Shown piece by piece: positions 27,745 through 37,639 of a DNA stretch of 64,000 nt. Origin of the DNA: an uncultured Clostridia bacterium (GTDB taxonomy: Bacteria > Acidobacteriota > Aminicenantia > UBA2199); the NCBI GenBank assembly GCA_964628035.1, contig CAZVPI010000007.1:10322-74321 (forward strand), given 5' to 3'. Numbering within the stretch: position 1 is the first letter of the stretch; each line of letters opens with the position of its first letter. The notes under the pieces are model-generated. The model was not told the DNA's origin. It did no database searches and saw only the letters and a program-made list of their open reading frames with translations. A program made the position numbers and the translations under genes.

Positions 27745-28655
27745 GCCAGGACGGTCAATGCGCCGGGCAGCACGCGCAGGCGCAGCGGCGTGCGCCCGAG
27801 CAGCTCGCCGTCGGCCATGAGCCGCAGCGGCGGATCGGCGTCGATGCCGACGGCGGCGGCGCGCAGGGTCTTGACCCTGCGGTGAGCGGTGTGCGCGCCG
27901 GCGAAGACGCGGGAGAAAATGGCCAGCATGTCGCGGCGGCTCACCCCCTGGAAGAGCACCAGGTCGGCCTGCCCGTCCGCGGTGTCGGCCATGGGGGCGA
28001 TCTTCATGGCGCCGCCGGTGAACTTGGAGTTGGAGACCACCAGGGCGCTGTCGGCGACCTCCAGCCTGACGCCGTCCACCTCGAGGCGCAGGCGGTTGCG
28101 CAGGCCCCGCGCCAGGCGCAGCAGCACGGCCAGGCTGTAGCTGAAGCGACCGAAGCCCTTGAGCTTCTCGTTGGTCAGCTGCAGGATGTCGGCGATCAGG
28201 CCGACGCCGAGGATGTTCAGGAGGTAGCGGCGGGCCCGTTCCCCGTTGTCCTCGTACTCGATCTCCAACAGGTCGACGCCACGGCGGCGTCCCTCCAGGA
28301 TGCCGTCCACGGCGTCGCGCCAGGAGCGGACGGCGAAGTCGCGCAGGAAGGAGTTGCCGGTACCGGCCGGTATCAGGCCCAGCTCCGGAGGCCGGCCGGG
28401 TCGCCCCTCGGCGTACAGGCCGTTGACGACCTCGAACGGCGTGCCGTCGCCGCCGAGGCAGAGGATGCGCTCCCAGCCCTCGCGCGCGGCCTGGCGCCCG
28501 ATCTCGCAGGCGTGGCCGGCGTATTCGGAAACGCGCGCCTCCAGCCCGGGGATGCCGCGCTGCAGGAGCTCGCGCACGGCGGGAAGGATGCGCCGCCCGC
28601 GCCCCTTGCCGGCATGGGGATTCACGACAAGCAGCGTCTTGAGGTCGGGCAGCAT
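27741..28655 (-). CDS. diacylglycerol kinase catalytic-domain lipid kinase (YegS/DgkA-like)
   Basis: LLVVNPHAGKGRG and the LCLGGDGTPFEVVNGL (GGDG) motif are present. It overlaps plsC by 4 nt. Confidence 0.75.
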   Translation of the reverse strand: MLPDLKTLLVVNPHAGKGRGRRILPAVRELLQRGIPGLEARVSEYAGHACEIGRQAAREGWERILCLGGDGTPFEVVNGLYAEGRPGRPPELGLIPAGTGNSFLRDFAVRSWRDAVDGILEGRRRGVDLLEIEYEDNGERARRYLLNILGVGLIADILQLTNEKLKGFGRFSYSLAVLLRLARGLRNRLRLEVDGVRLEVADSALVVSNSKFTGGAMKIAPMADTADGQADLVLFQGVSRRDMLAIFSRVFAGAHTAHRRVKTLRAAAVGIDADPPLRLMADGELLGRTPLRLRVLPGALTVLA

Positions 28656-28689
28656 AGGTCGCTTATATCACAGGCCGGGCGCGCTGGCA

Positions 28690-28860
28690 AATAAGGGACT
28701 AGGCGTACGGCACGGACAGAGTGATTAGTGATTTGTGATTAGTGATTAGCAAACACAATGAACCGGCCCATGCGGTTCCAATGACTGATTACTGATCACA
28801 ATTCGCGTTTGGCGTATGCTACTGCTGCTACTTTCGCCAGCATTTTCTGTCCGCTGAGCG
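28690..28860. repeat. modular intergenic repeat (ACGGC-, TGATTAG- and GCTACTGCTGCTAC-type modules)
   Basis: ctaggcgtacggcacggacagagtgattagtgatttgtgattagtgattagc...actgattactgatcac...gctactgctgctact. Confidence 0.55.
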
Positions 28861-29049
28861 GATTGCTGTTTCTGGCACGGAAAAAGAGGGACGCCGCGCC
28901 TTGGGGGCCGCGGCGTCCCAGGGGGGAGGAGAATCGATGATCCATACAAACGACTCAGGACATGAGGTGCAGCCCGGGAAGTATAAGGCTCGGGCAAGTC
29001 CGTTCGACGCCTTACCCTACGCCCTCCGCCCTGCGCCTTGTGCCTAGAG

Positions 29050-29763
29050 CTATTTCTTCTTTTTGATCGTGCTCAGCACCTTCTCCTTGTCGATCTTCCT
29101 GGTGCAGAAGAACCAGTCGTAGCAGGTGACGCCGGCCTGCTTGCCCTCCATGCGCTCCTTGGCCACGCCGCAGGAGCCGGCGGTGGGCACGATGACGTCG
29201 TCGCCCGGGCGCCAGTCGGCCGGGGTGGCCACGCCGAAGGCGTCGGCCGTCTGCAGCGCCTGCAGCACGCGCAGCAGCTCGTCGAAGTTGCGGCCCAGGC
29301 TCAGCGGGTAGTAGATGATGGTGCGGATGATCCCCTTGGGGTCGATGAAGAACACGGCGCGCACGGCCTTGGTCGAGCTCTCGCCGGGCTGGATCATGCC
29401 GTACTTCTTGGCCACTTCCATGGTGATGTCCTCGATCAGCGGGAACTTGACCTCGACGTTCTTCATCCCCTTGTAGTCGATCTTGTCCTTGATGGTGCGC
29501 AGCCAGGCGATGTGGCTGTACAGGCCGTCGACCGACAGGCCGACCAGCTGGCAATTCAGCTCGCTGAACTTGTCCTCCATGGTGGCAAAGGTCATGAACT
29601 CGGAGGTGCAGACCGGGGTGAAGTCGGCCGGGTGGCTGAAGAGGATGACCCACTTGCCCGCATACTGCTCGGGGAAGTTGATCTCGCCCTGGGTGGTGAC
29701 GGCCTTGAACGCCGGGGCCTTGTCGTTGATCCGGGGCATGCTGACGGTTTCGTTGTGTTCCAT
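29050..29763 (-). CDS. peroxiredoxin (Prx6/1-Cys-like AhpC/TSA family)
   Basis: True start is MEHNETVSMPRINDKAPAF at about 29763. The peroxidatic Cys motif is FTPVCTSE, within a thioredoxin fold. It lies directly downstream of a Fur-family gene. A GGAGATAAAAAAA RBS region is upstream. Confidence 0.85.
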   Translation of the reverse strand: MEHNETVSMPRINDKAPAFKAVTTQGEINFPEQYAGKWVILFSHPADFTPVCTSEFMTFATMEDKFSELNCQLVGLSVDGLYSHIAWLRTIKDKIDYKGMKNVEVKFPLIEDITMEVAKKYGMIQPGESSTKAVRAVFFIDPKGIIRTIIYYPLSLGRNFDELLRVLQALQTADAFGVATPADWRPGDDVIVPTAGSCGVAKERMEGKQAGVTCYDWFFCTRKIDKEKVLSTIKKKK

Positions 29764-29767
29764 TTTT

Positions 29768-30184
29768 TTATCTCCTTTTTTTTGATTTGCCCTGTTCCGC
29801 GGCCAGGCAGCCGGCGCAGGTGCCGTAGAAGCGGATGGTGTGGCCGCTGATGCGGTGGGGCGACAGCCGGCGCGCCGCAGCGGTGATGCCCGCGTCGGCG
29901 GGCATGGGGAAGTCGCTGACCGCGCCGCAGCGCTCGCAGACGAAATGGTAGTGCGGCTCGACCACGGCGTCGTAGCGCACGGTGCCGCTGCCGAACTCGC
30001 CGGCCTGCAGCCGCCCCTCCTCAAGCAGGATGGCGATGTTGCGGTAGACGTTGCCCAGGCTCAGGCTGGGCATCTCCGCCTTCAGGCGCTCGTAGACCGC
30101 CTGGGCGGTGGGATGCTGATGGCTGGATTGGATCTCTTCGAAAATCCGCTCGCGGCGCTTGCTTTTCCTTCTGCGTACTTTCAT
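29768..30184 (-). CDS. Fur-family metalloregulator, probably peroxide-responsive PerR
   Basis: 138 aa. The Fur DNA-binding helix region is IFEEIQSSHQHPTAQAVYERL. The HYHFVCERCG and GTCAGC structural Zn Cys pairs are present. It is adjacent to the peroxiredoxin gene. Confidence 0.7.
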   Translation of the reverse strand: MKVRRRKSKRRERIFEEIQSSHQHPTAQAVYERLKAEMPSLSLGNVYRNIAILLEEGRLQAGEFGSGTVRYDAVVEPHYHFVCERCGAVSDFPMPADAGITAAARRLSPHRISGHTIRFYGTCAGCLAAEQGKSKKRR

Positions 30185-30487
30185 ATTAGTAATAAATCAT
30201 ATTATTAATAATAAAACAGATTTTCATTCGTGTCCACTGGCTTGCCTCATTATGGGAAGCTCAGGGAAGACAGAGCCTGTTGGACTCAGGAGCAAACCGA
30301 TATGGAGAGGAGGGGGGGTGAAGCAAGAAAAGCAATCCAGAATCCGGCTGATAGGGCCTTTGCGGCTTTCTCCTATATAGTTCAATTCATTGCGGTTGCC
30401 AACACTGACACGAACACTGAAAAAGACTTTTCCCGCACTCTCTCCCCTCTTTCTTCCCTGGAGTGGATTCCATGCTATACTGCGCTC

Positions 30488-31198
30488 ATGCAACCGACGA
30501 GCTCATTCAGCGGCTTTCCCCAACTCACCGTCTCGTTCCTGCGCGAGCTGAAGAAGAACAACGACCGCGAATGGTTCGCCGCCCATCGCGGCGAATACGA
30601 GGAATCGGTCCTGGCGCCGGCCCGGGCCTTCGTGACGGCCATGGGCGAGCGCCTGCGCCGGCTGGCGCCCGGCATGAGCTTTTCTGCCGGGGCCAACGGC
30701 TCGATCTTCCGCATCCACCGCGACACGCGCTTCGGCCCCGACAAGTCCCCCTACAAGACCAACCTGGGCATCTATTTCTGGGAGGGGCGCGGAGCGAAGA
30801 TGGAAAGCTCGGGGTTCTATTTTCATGTCGAGCCGCCCGTCCTGCTGCTGGGCGGCGGCATGTACGTTTTTTCCAAAACCTTCCTCGCCCGCTACCGCCG
30901 GGCCGTGGCCGACCCAGAATTCGGGCCCGAGCTGGCCGCCATCGTGCGCCGCATCGCCCGCCGGCCCGGTTTCACCATCAACGGCAGCGCCTACAAGCGC
31001 ATCCCGCCCGGTTACGATCCGGCCCCCGAGGCCGCGCCGCTGCTGCTGCACGACGGCCTCTACGCCGGCTGGCAGGGGCGCATCCCCGCCGAGTTTCACT
31101 CCCCGGCCTTGGTTGATTTTTGCTTTGAAAAATTCAGGGTCATGCTGCCGCTGCACCGCTGGCTGTCGCAACTGATGCAAGGGGGCTTTGCGCTGTAG
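30488..31198 (+). CDS. DUF2461 (TIGR02453) family conserved hypothetical protein
   Basis: Start MQPTSSFSGF. The segments FLRELKKNNDREWF...FRIHRDTRFGPDKSPYKTNLGIYF...GFYFHVEP match the DUF2461 pattern as I recall it. Confidence 0.55.
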   Translation: MQPTSSFSGFPQLTVSFLRELKKNNDREWFAAHRGEYEESVLAPARAFVTAMGERLRRLAPGMSFSAGANGSIFRIHRDTRFGPDKSPYKTNLGIYFWEGRGAKMESSGFYFHVEPPVLLLGGGMYVFSKTFLARYRRAVADPEFGPELAAIVRRIARRPGFTINGSAYKRIPPGYDPAPEAAPLLLHDGLYAGWQGRIPAEFHSPALVDFCFEKFRVMLPLHRWLSQLMQGGFAL

Positions 31199-31285
31199 CG
31201 TCAACGCCGCGCCCGGGGCGAACTCGCCCCCTGCTGCCAGTCCGTGGGGACGATCATCCAACCGATAGGGCCGAGGCGGGCCGGC

Positions 31286-32671
31286 TCACCAGCTCTGCAT
31301 GCCTCGCTTGGAGCACACCTCGACCTCTCCCGGGAGGATCATGACCTCTTTGGGGCCGCTGGCAAGGTCATAGCGGATGTAGATCGATTTTTCGGCGATG
31401 GCCTCGCCGCTCTGCGTCGCCAGGTGCAAGGTCACCGTGAGTTTGGGGTAATAATCGGCGATGCAGAGCTTGCCGCCCTCGAACGCCCCCCCCTTCTGTT
31501 TCACCCCCACCCTCTGGCCGACCGCCAGGCCCTGGCAGTTCGGGTCGAATTCGGCATGGAACGTGACGTCGGCCCAGCCGAGCTGGGTCGGTTGCGCGCT
31601 CAAATGGAACGGCGGCCCCCCCTTCAGCGAGTAGACCGCGTCATGGACCTTGACGGCCGTGAACGAACCGTCCTTGGCCGTTCGCGGCACCTCGATGACG
31701 CAGCGGGCATACAGGGAGCCGTATTGCGGATGGCCGAAAAGCGGCGTCAGCGTGAAGCCCGATGGAGACGTGGCGCGCACGATCATGCCCACGCCCTGTA
31801 CGTCGCCATGGTCATACATTCCGTGCCCGAGGGAATCAACGGCGATCGTGGCCTTCTGGGCGAGCAAGTCCTTCACGTCCAGGGCGCGCACGGTCAGCAC
31901 GGGCACAGGGGAGAGCGGGCTGATCGTGAACTCGCCGCTGTCGCCATGGATCTTGCCATCAAGGGTCTGCACGCGCACAACGTGCTTGCCGGTGCGCTCG
32001 GTCGGCGCCAGCTTCCAGGTGAAGGAGCCCGAGTTGGGCGCGCTCTGGGCGATCCAGCGCCCCTGGCCGGCGGCGGCCAGCTGGGGCTGGCCCGCGGGAT
32101 AGAGCATGATCTTCACGTCGCCGTAGCCTCCGCCGGCGAGCGTCCAAGTGATCTTGGCCTCGTTGCCCTGCACCAGGACGGCTCCGGCGGACGGGTAGGT
32201 CACCCGCAGCGTCGGCGTGATCGCGTTCGCACCGGGTTGCGGGTTCTTGCGCAGGAGGATCATGTTGCCAGGCGGCGGTGCAGGAGGGACCGGCGCCGCA
32301 GGCGTGCCGGCGATTTCGAAAGGCCCTGCCTCCTTGTCCAGGATCGTGCTCGCGCCGTCGATCCTGACCAGCTGCAGCATGTATCCCTTGGCCGCCGGCA
32401 CGGCCTTGCCGTTCTCCAACATCCCCACCTGCCAGGCGAAGGAACCGCCGGCCAGGGGCAAGCCCGACTTGACCGGGCCGAGCTTGGTCCCCGCGGGGCC
32501 ATAAAGAAGAATCTTGACCGTGGCGCTCCCGGAATAGGTCCACTGGATCGTCTTCAGCTCGCCGAAGTTCCAAACCGTGTTCGCCTGCGGCACGGTGATC
32601 TCGGCAGTCTGGGCGGTGAGCAGCAGGGCAAGGGAAAACAAGGCGATGATCGCGATTGCTTTTTTGACCAT
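31286..32671 (-). CDS. secreted protein with repeated Kre9/KNH-like (Ser/Thr-rich GPI-anchored family-like) beta-sandwich modules
   Basis: 461 aa with a signal peptide. The modules TVWNFGELKTIQWTYSGSATVKILLY, AKITWTLAGGGYGDVKIMLY and SGSFTWKL repeat. Confidence 0.5.
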   Translation of the reverse strand: MVKKAIAIIALFSLALLLTAQTAEITVPQANTVWNFGELKTIQWTYSGSATVKILLYGPAGTKLGPVKSGLPLAGGSFAWQVGMLENGKAVPAAKGYMLQLVRIDGASTILDKEAGPFEIAGTPAAPVPPAPPPGNMILLRKNPQPGANAITPTLRVTYPSAGAVLVQGNEAKITWTLAGGGYGDVKIMLYPAGQPQLAAAGQGRWIAQSAPNSGSFTWKLAPTERTGKHVVRVQTLDGKIHGDSGEFTISPLSPVPVLTVRALDVKDLLAQKATIAVDSLGHGMYDHGDVQGVGMIVRATSPSGFTLTPLFGHPQYGSLYARCVIEVPRTAKDGSFTAVKVHDAVYSLKGGPPFHLSAQPTQLGWADVTFHAEFDPNCQGLAVGQRVGVKQKGGAFEGGKLCIADYYPKLTVTLHLATQSGEAIAEKSIYIRYDLASGPKEVMILPGEVEVCSKRGMQSW

Positions 32672-32716
32672 GATGTCTCCTCCTGCCCAGGAAATAGAAG
32701 ATTTGCGCGCCTTATC

Positions 32717-32908
32717 TCAGAAAAGATCGTCACGTTTCACTTGGACAAAGGAAAGGCGCGTGTCTTCCTCGGCAAGGCGCCGCGGCAGCGGGTTTGGCGG
32801 TTTCCTGAAGACCGGGACCAGGGCGATCAGGACCTCCTCCAGCTGCGGGTAGGCCTCGATGAGCTGCAGCACCTTCGTCTTGGGGGTGATGACCGGCTTG
32901 TCGTCCAC
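32717..32908 (-). CDS. DUF1858-family small protein
   Basis: 63 aa. ITPKTKVLQLIEAYPQLEEVLIALVPVF matches DUF1858. It is adjacent to a DUF438 protein, and this pairing is conserved. Confidence 0.55.
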   Translation of the reverse strand: MDDKPVITPKTKVLQLIEAYPQLEEVLIALVPVFRKPPNPLPRRLAEEDTRLSFVQVKRDDLF

Positions 32909-32911
32909 GGT

Positions 32912-34177
32912 TCACTCCCCGTACTGCAGGATGCGCCGCTGGCCCTCGAGCCGGCGGTAGCGCCCGACGTCGTGCGACACCTCGAGCGTGCCCAGGTACT
33001 CCCCCTTGCCGCTGCGCAGGGCGAAGTACTCGATGTGGATGAACTTGTCCCCCATCTGGATCCAGAAGGGGGCGCGGCTCTGCCTGCCGCTCTTGAAATC
33101 CTCGAGGATGCGCTCCACGATGTGGGCGCTGGCCGGCGGGTGGCAGTGGCGCACGTCGCGCTGCAGGATGGCGCGGTTGCGCTGGAAGACGCGCTCGGCG
33201 CCCTGGGTGAAATACTTGACCTTGTCGTCGCGGTCGACGAAGGTCATGTCGACCGGCACGGTGTTCAGGATGGCCAGAAGTTCTTCCGAAGTGAAGCTTC
33301 CTGAGGGGAGGACAATCTTATCGCCCCGCACTGCATGGCCTTCTGCCGAAGCGGCAGGGCTCGGCTTTTCCGCCACCTCCTCGGCGGCGGAGTCCCCCGG
33401 ATCGCGGGGCGGCCATTCGGCCGGGGGATCATAGAGGCAATAGCCAAACTGGCTGGACTCCCGGCCGATGGCACGCCAGTCGCCCTCGCTCAGCTTGTCC
33501 AGCGCCATGGGCAGCAGGATCTCCTCCTCCTTGGCGGTCATGTCGTCGATCGCCTGCAGCGCCGGCCGCAGCAGGATGTCGGCAACGGCCAGCAGCTCGT
33601 CGCGCCCCATCTCCCCGGCCTGCAGCGCCTCGATGCCCCCCTTGAGCTGGTCGCGGATCTCGTCGTGCTTGCCCCACATCACCTTGGGCGGGCCGGTGAT
33701 CCCCTGCTTCTCCAGGTAGGGGAAGACAAGGTACTCCTTGCGCTGGTAGTGCTTGTCGGCGTCGAACAGCAGGTTGAACAGCAGGCGCAGCTCCAGGACG
33801 GCGGCGGCGGCGTCACCGCCGCCGGCGGCCTCATGGAGCACCTGGCGCGCCCGCGCCGTCACCTTGCGCAGCTCGGCGTTCTCGCGGCGCAGGACGTCGA
33901 CCGGGTGGCCGGCCGGCACCGGCTTCTGGCCGCTCAGGTCGACGCGGCCGTGCAGCACCGCCGAGTGGGCGTCGCAGAGCTTGAGCACTTCTGACTCGGG
34001 CAGCCCCTCGCCCATCAGTTCCTGCTCGACCTCGACCACCTCGCCGTAGGGGACGGCGGCCAGGCTCTGCAGCAGCTCGCGGCGCACCGCCTCCTGGCCC
34101 TCGCCGGCATGCAGCTTCAGGATCAGCTCCTTCAATTTCTTCTTTCTATCCCGTGAGTTGTCGATGATCTCGCTCAT
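32912..34177 (-). CDS. DUF438 / hemerythrin-like / PAS-like domain protein
   Basis: 421 aa. The N-terminal DUF438 region is followed by hemerythrin-like HHE cation-binding segments (HYQRKEYLVFPYLEK, HDEIRDQ) and a C-terminal PAS-like region. Confidence 0.6.
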   Translation of the reverse strand: MSEIIDNSRDRKKKLKELILKLHAGEGQEAVRRELLQSLAAVPYGEVVEVEQELMGEGLPESEVLKLCDAHSAVLHGRVDLSGQKPVPAGHPVDVLRRENAELRKVTARARQVLHEAAGGGDAAAAVLELRLLFNLLFDADKHYQRKEYLVFPYLEKQGITGPPKVMWGKHDEIRDQLKGGIEALQAGEMGRDELLAVADILLRPALQAIDDMTAKEEEILLPMALDKLSEGDWRAIGRESSQFGYCLYDPPAEWPPRDPGDSAAEEVAEKPSPAASAEGHAVRGDKIVLPSGSFTSEELLAILNTVPVDMTFVDRDDKVKYFTQGAERVFQRNRAILQRDVRHCHPPASAHIVERILEDFKSGRQSRAPFWIQMGDKFIHIEYFALRSGKGEYLGTLEVSHDVGRYRRLEGQRRILQYGE

Positions 34178-34199
34178 GTTCCCTCCTCATCTCAATGCC

Positions 34200-34413
34200 T
34201 GCCCAATCATACCCCAAGAGAGGAGACTATCCAACATTCAGCTAACGCTTTCCCGGCGGACGGAACCGGTTTTTTCAACATTTTTTAGCTGTCTTTTTAA
34301 TTATTGATTTATTTTACTATTTTGTAAATTGATATTTATTTTTTTAATATTTTTTTTGACTTTATTAATTTTTTATGCTATTAATACTTCAGAAAATAAT
34401 GGAGGGCCTATCA
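34200..34413. promoter_or_regulatory. extremely AT-rich divergent promoter region with an extended -10 promoter for the DUF2089 operon
   Basis: About 190 nt of A/T tracts in a roughly 68% GC genome. TTGACT (34356-34361) is followed by 17 nt and TGcTATTAAT (34376-34385). A GGAGGG RBS lies at 34401, ahead of ATG 34414. Confidence 0.4.
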
Positions 34414-34782
34414 ATGGCAAATGACTGGCAGGAACTGACAAGGTTGACCCAGGGAGCCCCCCTGACCGTGGAAAAAGTGCGCCTGGCCGGAACCGGCATC
34501 GCCGTGGAGGGCAGCTTCGAGCTGCCGCCCCTGGCCCGCCTGACCCGGGAGGACCAGACCTTCGTCACCGCCTTCGTGCGCGGCCACGGCTCGATCAAGG
34601 GGATGGAGGAGCTGTTCGGCATCTCCTACCCCACGGTCAAGAACCGGCTGAACCGCATCGCCGCCCAGCTCGAATTCGTGGAGATCAACCCGCCGCCGTC
34701 GGCCATGGACCTGCTCAAGCGCCTGGAGAGCGGCGAGATCAACGTCGAGGAGACCCTGAAAAAACTGGAGGAACGCCCATGA
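34414..34782 (+). CDS. DUF2089-family protein
   Basis: Start MANDWQELTRL. The C-terminal segment MEELFGISYPTVKNRLNRIA reads as an HTH-like helix typical of DUF2089. Confidence 0.6.
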   Translation: MANDWQELTRLTQGAPLTVEKVRLAGTGIAVEGSFELPPLARLTREDQTFVTAFVRGHGSIKGMEELFGISYPTVKNRLNRIAAQLEFVEINPPPSAMDLLKRLESGEINVEETLKKLEERP

Positions 34783-35060
34783 TCCCCCTTTGGCTGTGGA
34801 TCCGCTTCGAGGAGCCGGGCCGGCGCCGCGTGTCCTTCCCGGTGCCCCTGTTCCTGGTATGGCTGCTGCTAACCGCCCTGCTCTTGCTGCTTCTGCCGCT
34901 CGTTCTGCTGGCGGCCATCCTGTCCTGGCCTTGGGGCTGGGGCGTGCCGCTGCTGAAAATGTATTTTCAGGTGTTTGTCCTGATCGGCTCGCTGTCCGGG
35001 CTGCGCGTCGACATCGACACCCGCGAGCAGGGCAAGGTCACGCGCCTGGTGATGAAATAA
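34779..35060 (+). CDS. small membrane protein, two TM helices
   Basis: 93 aa (FPVPLFLVWLLLTALLLLLLPLVLLAAILSWPWGW). It overlaps the DUF2089 gene stop by 4 nt, so it is likely co-transcribed. Confidence 0.4.
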   Translation: MIPLWLWIRFEEPGRRRVSFPVPLFLVWLLLTALLLLLLPLVLLAAILSWPWGWGVPLLKMYFQVFVLIGSLSGLRVDIDTREQGKVTRLVMK

Positions 35061-35076
35061 AAACAAGGAGAATACA

Positions 35077-35484
35077 ATGAGCGAAGAAAAAAGGAAGATC
35101 CTGGAAATGCTGGCCGACAAGAAGATCTCGGTCGATGACGCCGAAAAGCTGCTGGCCGCGGTGGGCGACGCCCCGGCCGCCGCCGGCGGCGCCACCAAGG
35201 GCCCAAAGTACCTGCGCGTGCTGGTCGAGCCGGCGCCGGGCAACAAGGAGGGTGACCGGGTCAACGTCCGCGTGCCACTCAACCTGGTGCGCGCCGGCCT
35301 GAAGTTCGCCAGTTTCATCCCGCCCAAGGTGCAGGAGCGGGTCAACGCCGAGCTGAAGGAGAAGGGCGTCCCCTTCGACCTGAGCCACTTCAACGCCCAG
35401 GACATCGAGGCGTTGCTGGTCCACTTGAACGACCTGACCGTCGAGGTCGAGGGCAAGGAGAACGTCAGGGTCTTTTGTGAATAA
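35077..35484 (+). CDS. SHOCT-like N-terminal domain protein (conserved hypothetical)
   Basis: 135 aa. KILEMLADKKISVDDAEKLLAAV resembles a SHOCT motif. It is the third gene of the DUF2089 mini-operon. Confidence 0.45.
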   Translation: MSEEKRKILEMLADKKISVDDAEKLLAAVGDAPAAAGGATKGPKYLRVLVEPAPGNKEGDRVNVRVPLNLVRAGLKFASFIPPKVQERVNAELKEKGVPFDLSHFNAQDIEALLVHLNDLTVEVEGKENVRVFCE

Positions 35485-35967
35485 TAGAACTTGACGTACG
35501 GCATACGGCCCTGAAGGTCCCCGCTGAGGGGGCATAAGGCTGACGGCAGAAGCGAAGCGCAGGGAAAACAAGGGGAAGGCTGAGGGAAGAGAGGCGTTGC
35601 CCCCATCCCCTCCCCTGCAACAAGCGATGCGAACGAGCATATTCCCAATAACCAGGATGAAACGACAAACGCAAACAAACAGCGAAAATGATGGCGGGGG
35701 CGAGCGTTCCCGGCGCCCTGCGCCCGCGGCGCGGCCTGGATGCATCCCCCTCTTCCCCTGTTGCGGCCTGATCCTCGCGCCCCTGCTGGGAATGCCGTGC
35801 CGGCCCCCCGCCGAACCCCGGCGCTGCAGGCGCCGCGTTCACGGCCGTCCCTGAACCATGGCGACCCCGGTCTCCCGCCAAAAAACTCCCTGGCTGAGAT
35901 AATCCTCCTTCGCAAGCAATTAATCTTGCAAGGAACGGCGCCCGGGCGGTGCACTGGGGAGGGAAAC

Positions 35968-37629
35968 ATGCGGTCCATGAAGAACACCTTGCTTGCGGTT
36001 GTTCTGATCGCGGTCCTGGCGGCAGCGGTGGCCTGCGACAACGGGGGCGGGGACGACGGAGACCGCGAGGCCCCCTCGGTGCCGGCCGGGCTGGTGTTCA
36101 GCCACGTGACCGCCTACAGCCTGGTCCTGACCTGGAACGCGTCGAGCGACAACGTGGGGGTCGAGGGCTACCGCGTGTACCGCAACAACGGCCTGGCCGC
36201 GACCGTGAACGCCACCCGCTTCCAGGACAGCGGGCTGGAGCCGGCCACCTCCTACGCCTATTCCGTCGCGGCCTTCGATGCCGTAGGCAACAGCAGCGCC
36301 CAGAGCGCGGCGGCGGCGGTCACCACGGCCGCGGGCGGGGACGACCCGCTCCTGCCGCGTGCTTCGCTGGACGATTTCATCTACCAGGGATCGTTCCGGG
36401 CGCCCTTCGGCCAGTACGGCCAGGGCAAGATCGCCTGCAATCCGCAGGGCGACAACGGCAAGGGCTCCCTGTTCCTGGTCGCCGGCGGGACCGACGCCTT
36501 CGCCGTGGGCGAGATCGCCATTCCGGCCCTGGCCAGCGTCAGCGGCCGCGACGGGCTCGGCGCGTTGCACACGGCGGGGATCCTGCAGCACCCGGCCGAT
36601 CTCTACGCCCGCATCCCGGTCAAGGGAGCCACCTGGCCCGCGGGCGCGGTCAACCGCTTCGACGAGGGCAATTTCGCCGCCTTCGGCGGCCTGCACTACG
36701 AGGGGGGGAGGCTCTATTTCAACGCCTACACATACTACGACGGCGAAGGCATCGAAACCGTGACCACCGGCTTCGTCCAGGACCCCGGCCGCCTGGCCTC
36801 CTCGCCCGTCTCGGGCATGTTCCGGGTCCAGGGAGCGGCCCACGCCTCGGGATGGCTGGCTGCCGTCCCGGCGGCCTGGCGGGCGCGCCTCCAGGGCTCG
36901 CACTTGATGGGCCACGACAACCAGATCACGATCGTCTCCCGGGCCAGCGCCGGCCCCAGCCTTTTCGCCTTCGACCTGGCTGACGTGGCGGCCGCAGCCA
37001 ACGGCGCCGCGGTCGCCGCCCGCGGCTGGCTCGACTATTCCCTGGAGCACTCGATCTGGGGCGACGACATGGCCAACGTCAGCGGCAACAACAAGACCTG
37101 GACGCTGAAGACCGAGACGGGCGTCGGCCTGATCGTCCCCGGCACCCGCACCTACGCCCTGCTGGGCTGCGCCGGCGGCTTCAACCGCAACCCGGCCAAC
37201 CCCTGGCACGGCACCCCCGAGCCGGCGTTCCAGCCGCCGGTCGCCGGCACCATCGTCTACAAGCGCGACGACTCGATGGGCCACAACAACGGCGGCGTGG
37301 CGGTCTGGGACGCCCAGGACCGCCATTATATGTTCGCCTTCTACGACCTGGAGGAGATCCTCGCCGCCTCCAAGCCCTATGCCCCCAGGCCCTACGCCCA
37401 CGGCATCTTTCCCGCCCCCTTCCCTCGCTACGGCCATTACACCGTGCCGGGCCAGATGGCCGACGCCGTCTGCGGCGGCGCCTATGACCCGCAGCGCAAC
37501 CTGCTCTACCTGACCCTGCCGGCGGCGGCCAACGAAAGCGACCCTCTGTATCCCGGCGACCCGGTCATCGCCGTCTACCGCTTCAAGCGCAGCAACCAGC
37601 AGGCAGACGGCCCTGACGGTTCCCGCTGA
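35968..37629 (+). CDS. lipoprotein with a fibronectin type III-like domain
   Basis: Start MRSMKNTLLAVVLIAVLAAAVAC carries a lipobox. The FN3-like segment is PSVPAGLVFSHVTAYSLVLTWNASSDNVGVEGYRVYRN. The large C-terminal domain is unassigned. Confidence 0.5.
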   Translation: MRSMKNTLLAVVLIAVLAAAVACDNGGGDDGDREAPSVPAGLVFSHVTAYSLVLTWNASSDNVGVEGYRVYRNNGLAATVNATRFQDSGLEPATSYAYSVAAFDAVGNSSAQSAAAAVTTAAGGDDPLLPRASLDDFIYQGSFRAPFGQYGQGKIACNPQGDNGKGSLFLVAGGTDAFAVGEIAIPALASVSGRDGLGALHTAGILQHPADLYARIPVKGATWPAGAVNRFDEGNFAAFGGLHYEGGRLYFNAYTYYDGEGIETVTTGFVQDPGRLASSPVSGMFRVQGAAHASGWLAAVPAAWRARLQGSHLMGHDNQITIVSRASAGPSLFAFDLADVAAAANGAAVAARGWLDYSLEHSIWGDDMANVSGNNKTWTLKTETGVGLIVPGTRTYALLGCAGGFNRNPANPWHGTPEPAFQPPVAGTIVYKRDDSMGHNNGGVAVWDAQDRHYMFAFYDLEEILAASKPYAPRPYAHGIFPAPFPRYGHYTVPGQMADAVCGGAYDPQRNLLYLTLPAAANESDPLYPGDPVIAVYRFKRSNQQADGPDGSR

Positions 37630-37639
37630 GGGAGCTTAC

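Noticed and set aside
30230-30487. N-terminal 86-aa extension of the DUF2461 ORF in the track
   Set aside because: The extension runs through the CACTAAC-type repeat, has no RBS, and its composition is unlike the conserved body. The internal start at 30488 (MQPTSSF) fits the family N-terminus.
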